DNA of 57,569 bases, filler included, from Sphacelaria rigidula (lineage: Eukaryota), in assembly GCA_964200075.2 (NCBI GenBank). It is 8 parts of 8 records of this genome, joined end to end, with 100 filler letters (N's around TTAATTAATTAA, not from the genome) between each part and the next. Parts side by side here need not be neighbours in the genome. Positions count along the whole stretch, not along the records: positions 7,210 to 14,318 come from CAXNAA020016440.1; positions 14,419 to 21,527 come from CAXNAA020016441.1; positions 21,628 to 28,736 come from CAXNAA020016442.1; 5 more parts are not named here. The stretch is one strand, 5' to 3'. Below the pieces are notes generated by a model that did no database searches, was not told where the DNA came from, and saw nothing but the letters and a program-made list of their open reading frames with translations. Numbering within the stretch: position 1 is the stretch's first letter; each line of letters starts with the position of its first letter. Shown one piece after another: positions 9,967 to 22,221 of the stretch. The translations under genes were made by a program, and so were the position numbers.

Positions 9967-11069
9967 TTTCAGTCTGTGGATAATATTGGGGCCGTTGTCT
10001 ACGTAGATAGATTGTGCAAACGTTCCTGTACAATTTAACGTCGTTTTTTCCCAGGCTGTAGTCCTGAGCCGTGTCTCATGTACATGTCGATGATGGTTCG
10101 TGCATGTGCGGTGCACCGTGGGGTGCGAAAGTGTATGGAGAGTGATCTGGCTACGCCCGTCAGCGAATCGCCTGTGGTGCATCAGGCTACATAGTAATGT
10201 CAATCAAGTGAGTGTTTCAGCGCAAGATGACTAATCTTAACGACACCATGGTATGCCAGTCAACATTTCGACTTACCGTGCAGCACTACCAACGCTCGCG
10301 CCTCAATGCTATGGCGTTCGTACAAGGAGAGAACCGCCGGGAATCATCCATATCACAACTGTGTTGAACAGTTGGACGAAAAATATCGGGTGGTGTTTTT
10401 CGTCACACTCTCGCCGATATCACTGATCCTGCACCATCTGCACCGAACTGGAGGGTCGTGTCACCACTGGTCTTGCGCATCACACATCGGGTCGATTTTC
10501 GGAACGTTTGATTTAAACTGCTTCTTATGGCAAACACAACATGTTGAACGACTGTTTTTTGCTTGTCCTTCTTCGTTTTGGGGGTAGATGATGGCTGGGC
10601 GGATGTTGCTTCCTCGGTATGCCTTGCGTTCATCCTCGGAAATTCTATCTCGTCCCATGAACGTTTTCAGGTGCTTGTGTCTTGTTTGTTTTGCTGAAGT
10701 TGTATGTTGTATGTTCGTCCAAGAACTTGAGAACATCAGTCGAGTCCAGAACAAAGTGGTAGTCAGGTGTAGAAATCCATGACAGTCCATCATCTCGTGT
10801 CGACTGTTCTCAGACAAATATGCTAGTCCAGTCGGAAACAAATCTGCGGCCACCGGAAAACGCGAACGTGACACGGGTTGTTCCCCCGGACTTGACCACT
10901 CTGACAGAAGAGTGTATGTGTAAAAAAAATCTGCCACTACCCAAACAAAATAATCTTTCTCGAGTCTTTTTATTTCCCAGAAGTATAGGAAGCCATTAGA
11001 AGCTGACAATACCCCCCCTAGCTCCCTTCAGGGCGAAAAATAACGCAGATGAACAAAAAAATAGTGCTG

Positions 11070-11655
11070 CGAGCTGGGCCAGCAGTTATTCCCGCATTCG
11101 CATGTCATACCATAAGTTACCAACTTTATCAAATCAGCCCGACTTGAATATATTGGTGTGACCTGCAGACCAACGTGGTAACGCACGGGACCACCGCTCA
11201 ATGAAAAAAAATGTACTGCATAATGAATCACCTTACCGGCGGAACAGAAAAAAAAGGAATCCGTCGGGATTCGAAGCCGTGACCTCCAGAACTGGCGTCA
11301 ACAGCATTACGTGGATAAAGTGACCGCACCCGCGCAACACGAAAAGTTGGATGCTGCGCCAAATTTCTCGAAGTTTTGGCCGCAATTGCACCAGAATCTC
11401 CTCCACTGAAGGACGCAACAACCACAGTAGGGATGCCCACGTTTTCTATTTTTTCGCGGAGTAATAGCATTTTTCTAGTTTTCGAAGAAACTTGAAATCG
11501 CTTCAACTGCATTTTTTTTTCTTCTTGGTATCCCTGGGAAGGCTGTGCGTAGTGACGATAAAAATGTTGTGTCAAAATTTTAGCGCCCAACGCTTCGAAT
11601 TACCCACCGCCCGGCCCGGATTCATTCGCAAATCACTGTCAGCTGGCCCAGCTCG
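11070..11655. mobile_element. Non-autonomous Tc1/mariner-type MITE (TIR CGAGCTGGGCCAGC)
   Basis: TG|cgagctgggccagc ... gctggcccagctcg|TA, the same TIR as 48337-49802. Confidence 0.7.
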
Positions 11656-13837
11656 TACAGTATTTTTTTAAGTTGTTTGTTTGCCATGAGAACTGACCTT
11701 AGGGGCGGAGGGGTCACGGCTTCACTGGCGACAGTATGCGTATGCGTGTACGCTATGTTTTGGGCAGCGACCTCGCGCGCCACCGCAGCTATAACGCCAT
11801 GCATATGTTTACACCATCTTCTCTGCTGACAGGCAACGCTGTTGTTTCGACGAAAGAGTGTGGGAGAAAATATGTACGACAACGAACACACCTAAACGCG
11901 GCGTAATTGCCGCCGGCTTATTTTGGATACCGTCTTTCTTTGTATATGATATGCTTTTCCACCGCATCTCATGTGTCCCAACACCCTGCACAGAGATGGC
12001 AATATCTCGATACACATCGCAGCTGCAGCGGCAAATGAAGTTGCTCTATGTAGCTAAGACGCATATTTATCAGCCCTCGAAGTCGCGGCTGCGCATACCC
12101 TTGCCTCAGATGGAAATGTTGACGTATAGTAATGTTCATATATTGCAATTTCCGCACGATACCGAGAACTACTTGGTGCGATTTTCATGTTAAACGATAG
12201 CTACTAGCCATTATTACCTGTCTCTTGAGTTCCAGCTGGCTGCCATTCGTGCAGAGCGAGCTGTCTGCGATCGCGTGTAGGTCGGCCATATTGGAAAATT
12301 ACTTTTGGGCTTGTACAGGTTTCGTCGCCTTTTCCCCCGATCATCCGTCGATCGTTAATGTGCTGTACTGGATGGAATTGAACCGGACGTCGATGGAGGG
12401 GTAGCTTCGGATAAGTTCTACAACTGTGCCTCACTATAGTTGTCATTATTTTGCCCTGTCGACTTATTTTACTTCACCAAGTCGCTTTTGAGGGGGTGGT
12501 GAAAAACGTGACACCAAACTGGGCGACACACTGAGTGGGTTACTGCCTTTTTATATATATTTTAGGAGAAAATAATCGGAACAGAAACAAGGGTATTATT
12601 TATGTATACATGTCATAACCTGACTGTCTGCACGTGTTATGTCACGGTTAAGCAGTTGAGTGAAGCCACGCGACAACAGCAAGCAGAGAACACAATTTAT
12701 TACAACATGGCACAGCATAACCTATAGCACACGACCAAACATGATCTGAAAGGAGGCACAGCAGCACAGTAATTATGTTGAAATATGAACGCATAGAACA
12801 TACTGTCGAGTGTGCACGACGTAGTATTTTGGATCAACAACACACCGTAGTGTGATGCGTGTACTCACATTCCAGCTTGGTGTTGAATCCATGACGGGGC
12901 AGCATCCGCCATGCTTATCTACAGTGCAGTGCAGAGTAAATTAAAGTGTACGAGCGTGCTCCAGCCTATCCAATCACCTCTTATGCTTTGCTCTGCCTGT
13001 TTTTATTCCACCGCCTCGCTCTCAAAATTACACACCTCGTTGATTTGTGGGAAATCTTGTCCGTTGCTACACTTCAGATCAGACCCGCGGTCAAGAGATC
13101 GTCGAAGATCAATCCCCAGTGCTTGCTGGCAGTAGCTATCGTTGGCTGCAGCGTGCTGGCGGACCAAAGCTTCTCTATCAGTCAGCAATAGCATAGCTCC
13201 CCAACAGGATTGTCCTACGAAGAGTTCTTCTCTGCCGGTGTGTGGCGTTCAGCCCAGATTATGTCTTCAATAACGGCGTGCGGCAGTCTTTTATCACGAT
13301 CACAAAGCTGCCTCTGCGGCCGTGCTGGAACAAGGGCATGGAGAAGCGTTCGTCTCGTGAGACCTTCTCTGACTCTGCACCGACCTCTGCACCAACCACA
13401 GGGAACCACAGGTACATATCACGGTACACCCTTTTCAGTGCAGTGGACTCGGTAAAGCAGTAGTCTACATTGGATTCAGTTCATGTAGGCAGCAGAGCAA
13501 AATCGACATGGTCATCTTTCGTCGCCAATGTTTACAGACTTCCTTCTTGTTTCGGCAGAGGTTGAATTTCAAAACAACAGCATTGGAACCAACACACCGT
13601 TGTCACAGCATGCTGTGCCGAGCGTAAGGTGCATCAAGTACATCAAGTACAGTGTATTGTAATGTGTTATGCAAGGAACTCTGACCTCAGACCAGCTGGA
13701 GCCAGAATGGTACTGGTGACTGCCCAAAAGTAGCGGACATATGTCGAGTTCCATTAGGAATTTACTGTTCCGAAATTTATATTTCGCGTTCCAAGAGCAG
13801 TACATAGGCATTAGCTCCGTCAGCCCGCTTAACCCTT

Positions 13838-14318
13838 TTGGGACCGGCCCCCCACTAACACAGGGTTAGTGAAATAATAATAAACAAGTCTTCGAGCGAC
13901 CTGCCCAATCACGGCGAGGCGAAATTTAACGACCAGACCCGAACGACCGGTGCTGGGGTTGTTGGCGAGTATGATGCTACTGAAAAGATCGTGTGGGGAC
14001 CCTATCCCTGGCCCAGATAAGCCTTCGCAGGTTTCCAAATGCAGGGCGGTCCGAGCTTGGTATATGATGTGACTTGCACTCAGTATACCTTTCCCAAGTT
14101 TTCCGGTGGGTTTTTTGGGTCTCAATTACACTAACACAGGGTCGACCGGAAAACCGGGAAGGAGTGTACATGCTACCATGTGGTCATTTTCAGCACGCTC
14201 TAAAACCAGGTGGGCTGTCGAAACACAAAATGATCTACTGTCATGAGTTGTGCTTATCCCTCTGGCGATGACCTGCAGGGTGCAGTCAACATGTATGTAG
14301 TGGGCGGGGATGAAGAAG
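13838..14318 (+). repeat. Dispersed repeat family (unclassified), truncated by the contig end
   Basis: 13860-14030 matches 57390-57560. 14120-14190 and 14195-14318 match 19160-19229 and 19600-19720. Confidence 0.8.
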
Positions 14319-14462
14319 NNNNNNNNNNNNNNNNNNNNNNNNNNNNNNNNNNNNNNNNNNNNTTAATTAATTAANNNNNNNNNNNNNNNNNNNNNNNNNN
14401 NNNNNNNNNNNNNNNNNNTTTTCGTGCAACCAAATACCCCCCCCCCCTTTCGTAGGATGGCT

Positions 14463-14832
14463 CACCAAATCTTCGAAATATGGTTTCATTTCTTCACCTA
14501 CTGATAGCTATTGACAACTGCTACACGCCGTTAAAATCTGGATATCAATCACCGAAATGTTGGGGTCCTAGGTGAAAAAACGATTTTGGGCAATTCCGGG
14601 TGTCCGAACGGACGCCAAAATGGTTTAGAAATTGGTTTTTCACCTAGGACCCCAAAATTTCGGTGATCGAAATCCAAATTTCTATGGCGTGTAGCAGTTG
14701 TCAATAGCTACTAGTAGGCGAAGAAATTGAACCATATTTCGAAGATTTGGTGTGGATACGAAGGTTTTACTCCCCCGAGTTTCTCAACCCCAATAAAAGA
14801 TCCATCCCCAATAATTTGTAAGATCCCGTGTT
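14463..14832. mobile_element. Foldback MITE of the AACACGGG family (left end truncated)
   Basis: Matches 41575-41941 and ends ...tttgtaagatcccgtgtt. Confidence 0.85.
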
Positions 14833-15549
14833 ATTGGGACCTACTCGGTACTTGATGCAGTACAATAACATCATTGCCAAAGGTGCACCAATCGAGCAGC
14901 GGCGGTGCCTGTGTTACCAGGTTAGTCTGCAGTTCACAGCGATATGCTCAGGTCGTGCTGATTTGGGAAACTTGAAGAGTTGTGATGACGACAGAGGATA
15001 CTGGGTTTATGGCCGGCCCAGCTCGTATATAGTAGGCAGTTTTGGCGGGGAGGGCTATCGTAAAAAGTGTCAGAACAAGCTCCCACAACAAGGCCATTGT
15101 GTGCTAGCTGACACCTACAACTCACTGCATGAGACAGCACAGACAACAGTTTGCTGTAATCTCTGGGCTGGGTACTGTCTGTGCTGCAGGTTTTCGAGAG
15201 AACGATCGATGCCAATAGATCATTAGCCGAGATGGCGAAGCAAAGTTTGGTCTAGTGTGTAAACGGCGCTGGGGATGTCCAAGGGCACAAGCATATTCGG
15301 GCTGGCGGGCGTTGCTAATCTCGCCGCGCCGCAAGCGAATTAACGAGAGGAAAATACAAGTCGATCTCGCCTCGTATTTTTTCAAAAATAACAAGCCAGG
15401 AGTGCCCATCTCGTGAAATGTCCCCCGTCTCGTATTTTTTTCCCGAGAATCTTCACAAGAAATAACCAACCGTAAGGAGCCATCTTGTTATTTTCACTCG
15501 TTATTTGCAAATAACGAGAGGAAATAACCAACCGGAGAAACGGCCTTAA

Positions 15550-15743
15550 GGGCAATAATCAGTTTTCAGGTATCAGTAAAATGCCTTTAACTCATGAAAA
15601 AAAACAAAAATGGTACCGAGGTAATTTTTTTTTTCGTGCCCTATTCATTGCCCATACCAAATGTCAGGGTCCAACTCTAAATATTGGCGGGAGCATGGGC
15701 CTGCAAACTTCAAATCCGCCTCTTCTAGGCTGGCCCAGCTCGT
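15550..15743 (-). mobile_element. Terminal fragment of the CGAGCTGGGCCAGC-TIR Tc1/mariner-type element
   Basis: Reverse complement of 48337-48530, ending ggctggcccagctcg|TA. Confidence 0.85.
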
Positions 15744-16371
15744 ACCATTCATTCCAGTATAGTCATGATGATGGTCATACAGTACAGTTATAACTGGTAC
15801 CATTTCCGAGCTCTAATGAACTGGTGTCTCAGACAACACCTCATGCGTCTTGCTTCGTCCACAATGGGCACTAGTGAACACGCCTCTTTCCCTACTTTGT
15901 AAGGAAATAATCGATTTTGACCCTCCCCTAGTATCACTGAATGAATGACTGAATCTTCACTATTCTCACGACTTGTGACCTGAGTGTTGGATGTTCACGT
16001 ATTTTATATAGATAGTGCTCATTCACTTCTCTGTATCTCATCAAGAGACGAGCACTACATGCCCATTGCCACTAACACGCAAAGTGGGGGAAGTACATAC
16101 AAGGTACACAGCATGCAAAAACTGCACAGCACGACAAGGACGAAGTTCGTTCGAAGTACTCTCGGGACACCGGTCCGCGTACTCAATCTCATATTGTATC
16201 GTCATGTTCGAGTCCTTCCCCTACCCCCTACTTGAAAAACGCCATTCGATCAAAATACACAGTACTCGAAACATGCTTCGGACACCCTGAATTGTGTTTA
16301 TTGCTTCTTCAAACCACAACCGCAACAGACAGACAGTACCGCAGCAGTCATCACACTCAATACAGCCGACT

Positions 16372-16625
16372 ATGAAGTTCGCCACCGCTGTAGTCGCGGG
16401 CGCACTATGTACGGCGGACGCTTTCGTGCCTGCCGTGCGAGTTACTAGTGCCTTCGGCCAGGCAGCAGTCTCTCAAGCCCCAGTACAGACTGCGCCCGTA
16501 GCACGCAGCAGCAGCGATGTTACGATGCTGCTCGGTGGAGGAGGGTCTAGGAGGGGAAGCGGTATCTCGAAGGTAGTATCGTCCAAGATTGCGAACGTGT
16601 TCCGAGGAAGCAAGGGAAGCAACGG
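16372..16625 (+). CDS. Exon 1 of a nucleus-encoded, plastid-targeted protein (bipartite presequence)
   Basis: MKFATAVVAGALCTADA-FVPAVRVTSAFG...: a signal peptide, an ASAFAP-like motif and a Ser/Ala/Arg-rich transit peptide. Phase-2 donor GG|GTGAGA at 16626. Confidence 0.85.
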
Positions 16626-17140
16626 GTGAGAGGTGATGTTGCCAGAGGGGTGTGTCGAACTAGAGACACAAGGGGAAGTTCAAAATAGCTGCCTGTCTGG
16701 GATGGTTTGACTACGGGCGGAGAAAAATCCATAACGTTCGGCTTCTTCAATCAGGATTTTGGCTATTGTCCATACTGAAATCAAGTTTAAAAACTGCGAA
16801 GTTTTAGGATTCCTTGGGTCGTCTCAACTGTCGTGGATGTGTATTTCTGCTGATTTGGCGTGGGTTGGAAAAGAAGTTCCGTGCTGCGACGAGGAAGTGC
16901 CGTGTACGATTGACGACAATTGACGGTGGCATTCGCCTGCTGTGCCGTCAGACGAGGATTGCCTTGATTAAAATAACAAGCAGTCTTGGATGTACATATC
17001 GCATATTTCGGCAGAGTTGTTATGAGTGATCGCATACGTATGCAATGCGGTGCACAACACACCTGCTGCTGCAACCAGCTCGTGTTGTTGCATACTGTAC
17101 TGTACTGGTATCATACATACGATTTTTTTTTTCGATGTAG

Positions 17141-17218
17141 AGCTCCCACCGGCGGACATGAAGACAGGACGGGACATGCTGGTTTCACCGCTCTGTTTAG
17201 TCTACGGTGCAGCACGCC
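17141..17218 (+). CDS. Exon 2 of the plastid-targeted protein (APTGGHEDRTGHAGFTALFSLRCST)
   Basis: T-rich acceptor ...gatgtag|, phase 2 to phase 2. Donor CC|GTACGT at 17219, with an alternative in-phase donor at 17207. Confidence 0.6.
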
Positions 17219-17497
17219 GTACGTCGTACGTGTATACTTATACAGCACCGTGTTGCCATGGAGCCGTGAGGCAGCAGTAGCATTTGCGTTTCTTTTTTTT
17301 CACCGCGTTGTTTTTGTGTCCATTTGTTCTCACCTCCAGCAACCTAGAAACACATGACGGTTCACTTACAAACGGTAAATAATGCCCACCCATCATGGAA
17401 GCTGGTCACACAAATCTGAAACACTGGGAGAGGAGGAAACATGTGCAGTATCATTATTGTTGTGCTGCCCTTTTTTTCCTGTCGAGGGAACGAACAG

Positions 17498-17555
17498 GAA
17501 CCTTAACGGTGGAGGAATTGGCGGCGGCATGGGCGGCGGTGGTGGGAACAACAAG
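17498..17555 (+). CDS. Exon 3 of the plastid-targeted protein (NLNGGGIGGGMGGGGGNNK)
   Basis: Acceptor gaacag| is phase-compatible with exon 2; strong donor AAG|GTATGT; Gly-rich linker. Confidence 0.65.
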
Positions 17556-18109
17556 GTATGTAGCTACATATTCGAGCTGCCCGTGTTGGAAAATGGGTAC
17601 GCCTTGTGTTTCTCACATGCCCGTGGAGTGTAGTATACTACAACAGCTGTATAGCAAGCCTGTGCTTGCCTTAGTTGTGTTGATGTTGAGGCAGTGACCC
17701 AAAGTTCACGTTTACTAATGCGTAAATACCGTATCTTTCTGCAAATCTACCAGCAAGGTGCCTGGCGTTTGCATGGATCAAGTCGGCACATGACACAGAC
17801 GACCAGGCCAGTGTTGCCAAAGTGTCCCCTTCCCTCGCTTCCCGTCTGAAATTTGGTCTTCCGTCATGAGTCTTTGCAGCAGTCTGCCTTCACACAATGT
17901 TCAATGTGCACGTGCTGAGTTTGCTGTTGTTACGCGACGGACTGCAAGGCGAGCGTCGTCCCTGTCGCGCCTGGGTTTCGATGTGTAGAACAAGTGCTGG
18001 CTTCAAGGGCCGAAGCCTGTTTCAGCGGCACCATCTCATGTGTCATCTGTACTCTTCCTGTGAAATCACGTGTTTTATCCCTGAGGCTGGTTCATGTGGC
18101 AAAATAGAA

Positions 18110-18610
18110 AAATCTGCACAACTGCCGTTTTGGAGCTTCTGCGTCGTTTTACTCCCCCAGGAGAGAGCTCGACGGATTTTGACACCTGATGAGGCCTTGT
18201 TATACTCGCGGTGAGACGGTTCCAGAACACCTGGGTGTTTTCCCGTCGGCGGCAGTTTTTTTCGACCAACCTTGAATTTTATTCGGAGATTCCGAATTTT
18301 TCTCGGAAACGGGTCACTTCAGGAGAAATTTCCGCCTTGCTGTACTCGTTTAAACGGTTCCAGGGCACCTTTTTGTTGCGGTGGGCGCAGTTTTTGTTGG
18401 CCAACCTTGCATTTTCTCATTTCTCGGAGACCGATCAAGTCCAGAAAAAGTCCGCCTTCCTGTTGTCGCTGAGGCGGTTCCAAGTTCCAAAGACACCTGT
18501 GCGTTTTTCCGGTGGCCGCAGCTGTTTTTTCGCCAACCTGGCGTTTTTCTTGGAAATGGCTCATTTTTTCACAGAAATCGGTCAGGTGCAGAATAAATTC
18601 CGAAAAGTTC
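18110..18610 (+). repeat. Dispersed repeat with internal ~125-bp degenerate tandem units
   Basis: The unit 'cggttccag..cacct...gcagttttt..ccaacctt...ttctcgga.acc' occurs three times. A homologue lies at ~47320-47620. Confidence 0.75.
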
Positions 18611-19229
18611 TTCTCGACTTGACCGGTCGGTGTCTGATCTATCCTGGTGGGACCGACCCCCACCTAACACGAGGTTGACCATGTGTTTGTGAAATAATAC
18701 AAGCTTGGCCGGCCAACAGTGATTTTTGAACGAAGGGTGGAGATGCGATTGGCAATTCGAAGAGTTGGGCGCTGAAATTTTGACACGACATTTTTATCAT
18801 CAATCCGCGCAACCCTAATATATTGTCTTTCCCTTGCTCAAAAAAATAAATCAAATGACCAACCATCCATCCATCCATCGAATTAATTAATTAATTAATT
18901 AAATATATATTGTATATAAATATATATAGTGATTAATTAATTAAAATGGAGTAGAGGGGACAAGAAAAAAGAAAAGAAAGTTAGAGCGAGTTGAGGCTTC
19001 AGCAAAAGCAGGGGAAAGGCAACAACTACTTCAAAAATTGATCAAGACAAAAACAACGCTCCAACACATAAAGGCACTCGCGTCAACCACATCTTGGTGA
19101 AGGGTTCCCGTGATTTGCCGGGTATTTTCTTGGGTCGCCAGCCTAAACTAGAACGTATCAATTACACTAACACATGATTGAGAGGGTGAACCGGGAAAAA
19201 GCGAACATGCCACAACGTGGTCATTTTCA

Positions 19230-19601
19230 CAAGGCAAAAAAATAAATGTCGCCCCGGTGGCTCAGTTAGTGACCTCGAAAACTTCTGACGGTTGGGTCGT
19301 GGGTTCAAATCTCGGAGCGATCTGGGATCACTTCTCACACCATATCCAACAGTGGAGAGCGACTATATCGTGGGTACACAATTGGACTTAACGGTCGACG
19401 AGGGAAAGGGAATGCTGAACCCCTCTTGCGATAGAAAATAAAGTCAAGCACCATAGAAAGAATGTGGAGTGCTCAAAACATGTAAAGAAGAAAAAGCTCC
19501 TGTGTTGATCTTCCTCCTGTGCGACCCCGGCTGGTGCGCCCACATATACCGAAAGGTGGAGACTGGCGTCCATAATAGATGGGACGACAACACACACACA
19601 C
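19230..19601 (+). mobile_element. tRNA-derived SINE with a (CA)n tail
   Basis: tRNA-like head with A-box TGGCTCAGTTAG (19258) and B-box GGTTCAAATCT (19302). The 3' body matches 36972-37075 and the tail is gacgacaacacacacac. It interrupts a repeat that is uninterrupted at ~14185-14200. Confidence 0.75.
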
Positions 19602-20104
19602 TAAACCCAGCTGGCGCTGTGGAAGGAGAGAAAGAGCTATGGTCATGAGTTCTGCCTATCCCTCTGCCGATGCCTTGCATAACACAGTAAACATGTATGT
19701 AGTGGGCGGGGACGAACAAGCGGTGTAAGGGTAGCTGAGAACTGCCCAGAACGTGCAAGGGAGTATGTAGCGGGAGCTGCTTCTGCTGTCGGAGAGGCGT
19801 ACTGCACTGCACTGTACTGTACCGTATGTGTGCGCCGCAACGCTCACGCTCTTCGAAGAGGATTTGCCGCTTGCAACGAAAAGAAAAATCGCGACCCACC
19901 CCCACCACAAAGGGCTGTGTAGCAAGGGTGATGGAAACCAAAAATTGCTTTGGCTCAAGAATAAGGGTTTTTTGGGTTAGTAGTGAAGACGGAAAAGTGA
20001 CACAAACAAAACTGCGAGACAAAAACGCGTTTTCGTAGTTGGGAAACTATCGGGCAAACCCGAGACTTCTGTACCTAATATTGGCCCGCCCTTGAGGTTG
20101 GTCA

Positions 20105-21104
20105 GGTCGCTTCTTATAGACTGAAAAAAGTCTCTTGAGAAAAGTCATTTTGGATGACGTTTCTCCGAGACTTTCCCCAGAGAAATCAGTTTTCAGAACC
20201 CCACCTTATATTCTATGAAAAAATCCTGGGGATTTGTACACCCGAGGCCATCATGCAGCCTGCGTGCAGACGCTGATAGTGGTCATCATTTGCATTTTGT
20301 GCTTGTGCTACCTCCGGTAAACCAGCACGTATATATTGTAATCCTGTCAAGGTACAGGATGGATGGGATGACAACACACACACACACAGTAGCTACTGGT
20401 ATAACATGGATCGAAATGACGGGCGTATCAACCCTCACTTCAGCCGATCGCCGCTTGGTACGGTAGTCGTGTCGCAAGCGGCGCAATGTGTGCAGCAGAC
20501 GGTTTGTGCGATACCGCACACAAAAAAAATCACGTGACACTAAGTATTGCGGTAGTAACCGTCTCGGTACGCAGAATTCTACAGAGTCCGTAATCGGTGG
20601 CGGGCACGACGAGCATGAAACCATACGAGCATAATCAACGCAGCCAGCAGGGGCGACATTGTGCTATTTCACGGTAGTAACGCTGCCGGCAAAAAACACT
20701 GCACGGTATGTACTTTCTGTCCCTTGTTCTACGGTCATGAAAAGGATGCACGGAGTGCTGCAGCAGCTATGCTGTTATCACTGCACTGTACATATAACGT
20801 GGACATCTCCTTTTGCATTGGTTGTAGTACGCTTGTATGCGAGGAGTGTGTGATGGAGCACTGACTGTACCATTGCGGGTGCGGTGTTCGAGGAATGTGT
20901 GATGGAACGACTTTTCGCAGACAGAGAAGAGTCTCTGCGAATCGATGGCTTTTCGCAGAGAGATCTGTCATAATCCCGCTGTCTGCAAATTGTGCCCAGT
21001 TTCCAGAGACTTTTTTCGTGAAAAATGGCCCTTCAACGTCGCGTTCTGAAAAAAGTCTCTGGAGACTGATCAAAACGACTTTTTCCAGTCTGAAAGAAGC
21101 GGCC
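20105..21104. mobile_element. ~1.0-kb non-autonomous PIF/Harbinger-type element
   Basis: TIRs ggtcgcttcttatagactgaaaaaagtc / gactttttccagtctgaaagaagcggcc, with a 3-bp TCA duplication at 20102-20104 and 21105-21107. Confidence 0.7.
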
Positions 21105-21659
21105 TCACTCTTCCCCGCACCCTGGTACCTCCCTTCCTTGAGCGATAGGATGGTGGGCGGGAAAAATCGATCAAGTGCCAGGGACTACTGTGATACTGAG
21201 GCTGTTGGCGTGTCGCTGTCTGGTCGACTGGTCTCGAGTGATACTGTCCGCTTCTTTGGTGGTCTTGCACCACACCAGTCTCGCGTGCTTGAACACTACT
21301 CGGCGACAGTGGCAGCTTGGCTACACGAACCCTTATATTTCATTTCAAGTTCGGCATACGCCAGAGTACCTCCCTTATAATTCGTCATCCGCCAACACAA
21401 ACCTCGTACTCTTGCAAGATACACCCAGTCATCCAAAGCCGCAAGTGGCGGGCGGCCCGCCGGTCGCCACATCCTGTTGAAAGCTCTCTACGGCGACCCA
21501 TGCTGGTTGGTACATCAGATGTACATTNNNNNNNNNNNNNNNNNNNNNNNNNNNNNNNNNNNNNNNNNNNNTTAATTAATTAANNNNNNNNNNNNNNNNN
21601 NNNNNNNNNNNNNNNNNNNNNNNNNNNAGAATAGCAAAAAACAAGAGAGGAACAACCCC

Positions 21660-21795
21660 CCCCCCCCCCCCAATGATGTGTGTGAAAAATCCGGAGCGAA
21701 AACGGTCAAAATGGTGTGTTTGGCTGTTTTCGCGTTTCTGCCCATTTTTTCGTACCTTTCGTAGCAAAAAACAGAAGGTATACATTTTCCTAGGC
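21660..21795 (+). repeat. Dispersed repeat
   Basis: Closely similar to 43734-43865 (aatgatgtg.gtgaaaaa...gcgaaaacggtcaaaat..tgtgtttggctgttttcgcgtttctg). Confidence 0.85.
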
Positions 21796-21917
21796 CGTTG
21801 CCCAAAAAATAAAATGAAAATATGCTGCAAAAAAAAGTGTAGGAAATAGAAAGGTAGAACAGAGTAAACTAACAAAACAAAGCAAGAGGGGGAAAAAATA
21901 GGGAAAACATCACAAAA

Positions 21918-22221
21918 AACACGAGATTTTACAAATTGGGGATGGATCATTTATTGAGGATGACAACCCGGAAAATTAAAATCTTCGTATCCACACCGAA
22001 TCTCCGACGTATGCTTCCCCCCAAATTAGTTTTTCCCTTAGGACCCCGACATTTCGGCTGTCGAAATCCAAATTCGTATGGCGTGTGGAAGTTGTCAATA
22101 GCTACCAGCAAGTGAAGAAATGGAAGCATACTTCGGAGATTCGGTGTAGATACAAAGATTTTAATCCTCCGGATTTTCATCCCCAATAAAGATCCATCCC
22201 CAATTTGTAAAATCCCGTGTT
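21918..22221. mobile_element. Foldback MITE of the AACACGGG family (internally deleted)
   Basis: aacacgagattttacaaattggggatgg ... ccatccccaatttgtaaaatcccgtgtt, flanked by aaaa / gaaa. Confidence 0.9.

Noticed and set aside
13000-13830. Possible decayed exons on the minus strand
   Set aside because: The composition is coding-like, but there are stops and frame changes, no recognisable family and no consistent splice model.
18180-18230. CTGATGAG as a hammerhead or box C motif
   Set aside because: There is no matching stem II-GAAA, and the motif is absent from the homologous repeat copy at ~47480.
18882-18943. Natural (TTAA)n/(TA)n tract resembling the linker
   Set aside because: It is not flanked by Ns and is a simple AT-rich microsatellite with no further structure.
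19251-19320. Functional tRNA gene
   Set aside because: The D-, anticodon and T-stems pair poorly, and the sequence continues into a repeated body with a CA tail, so it is called a SINE head.
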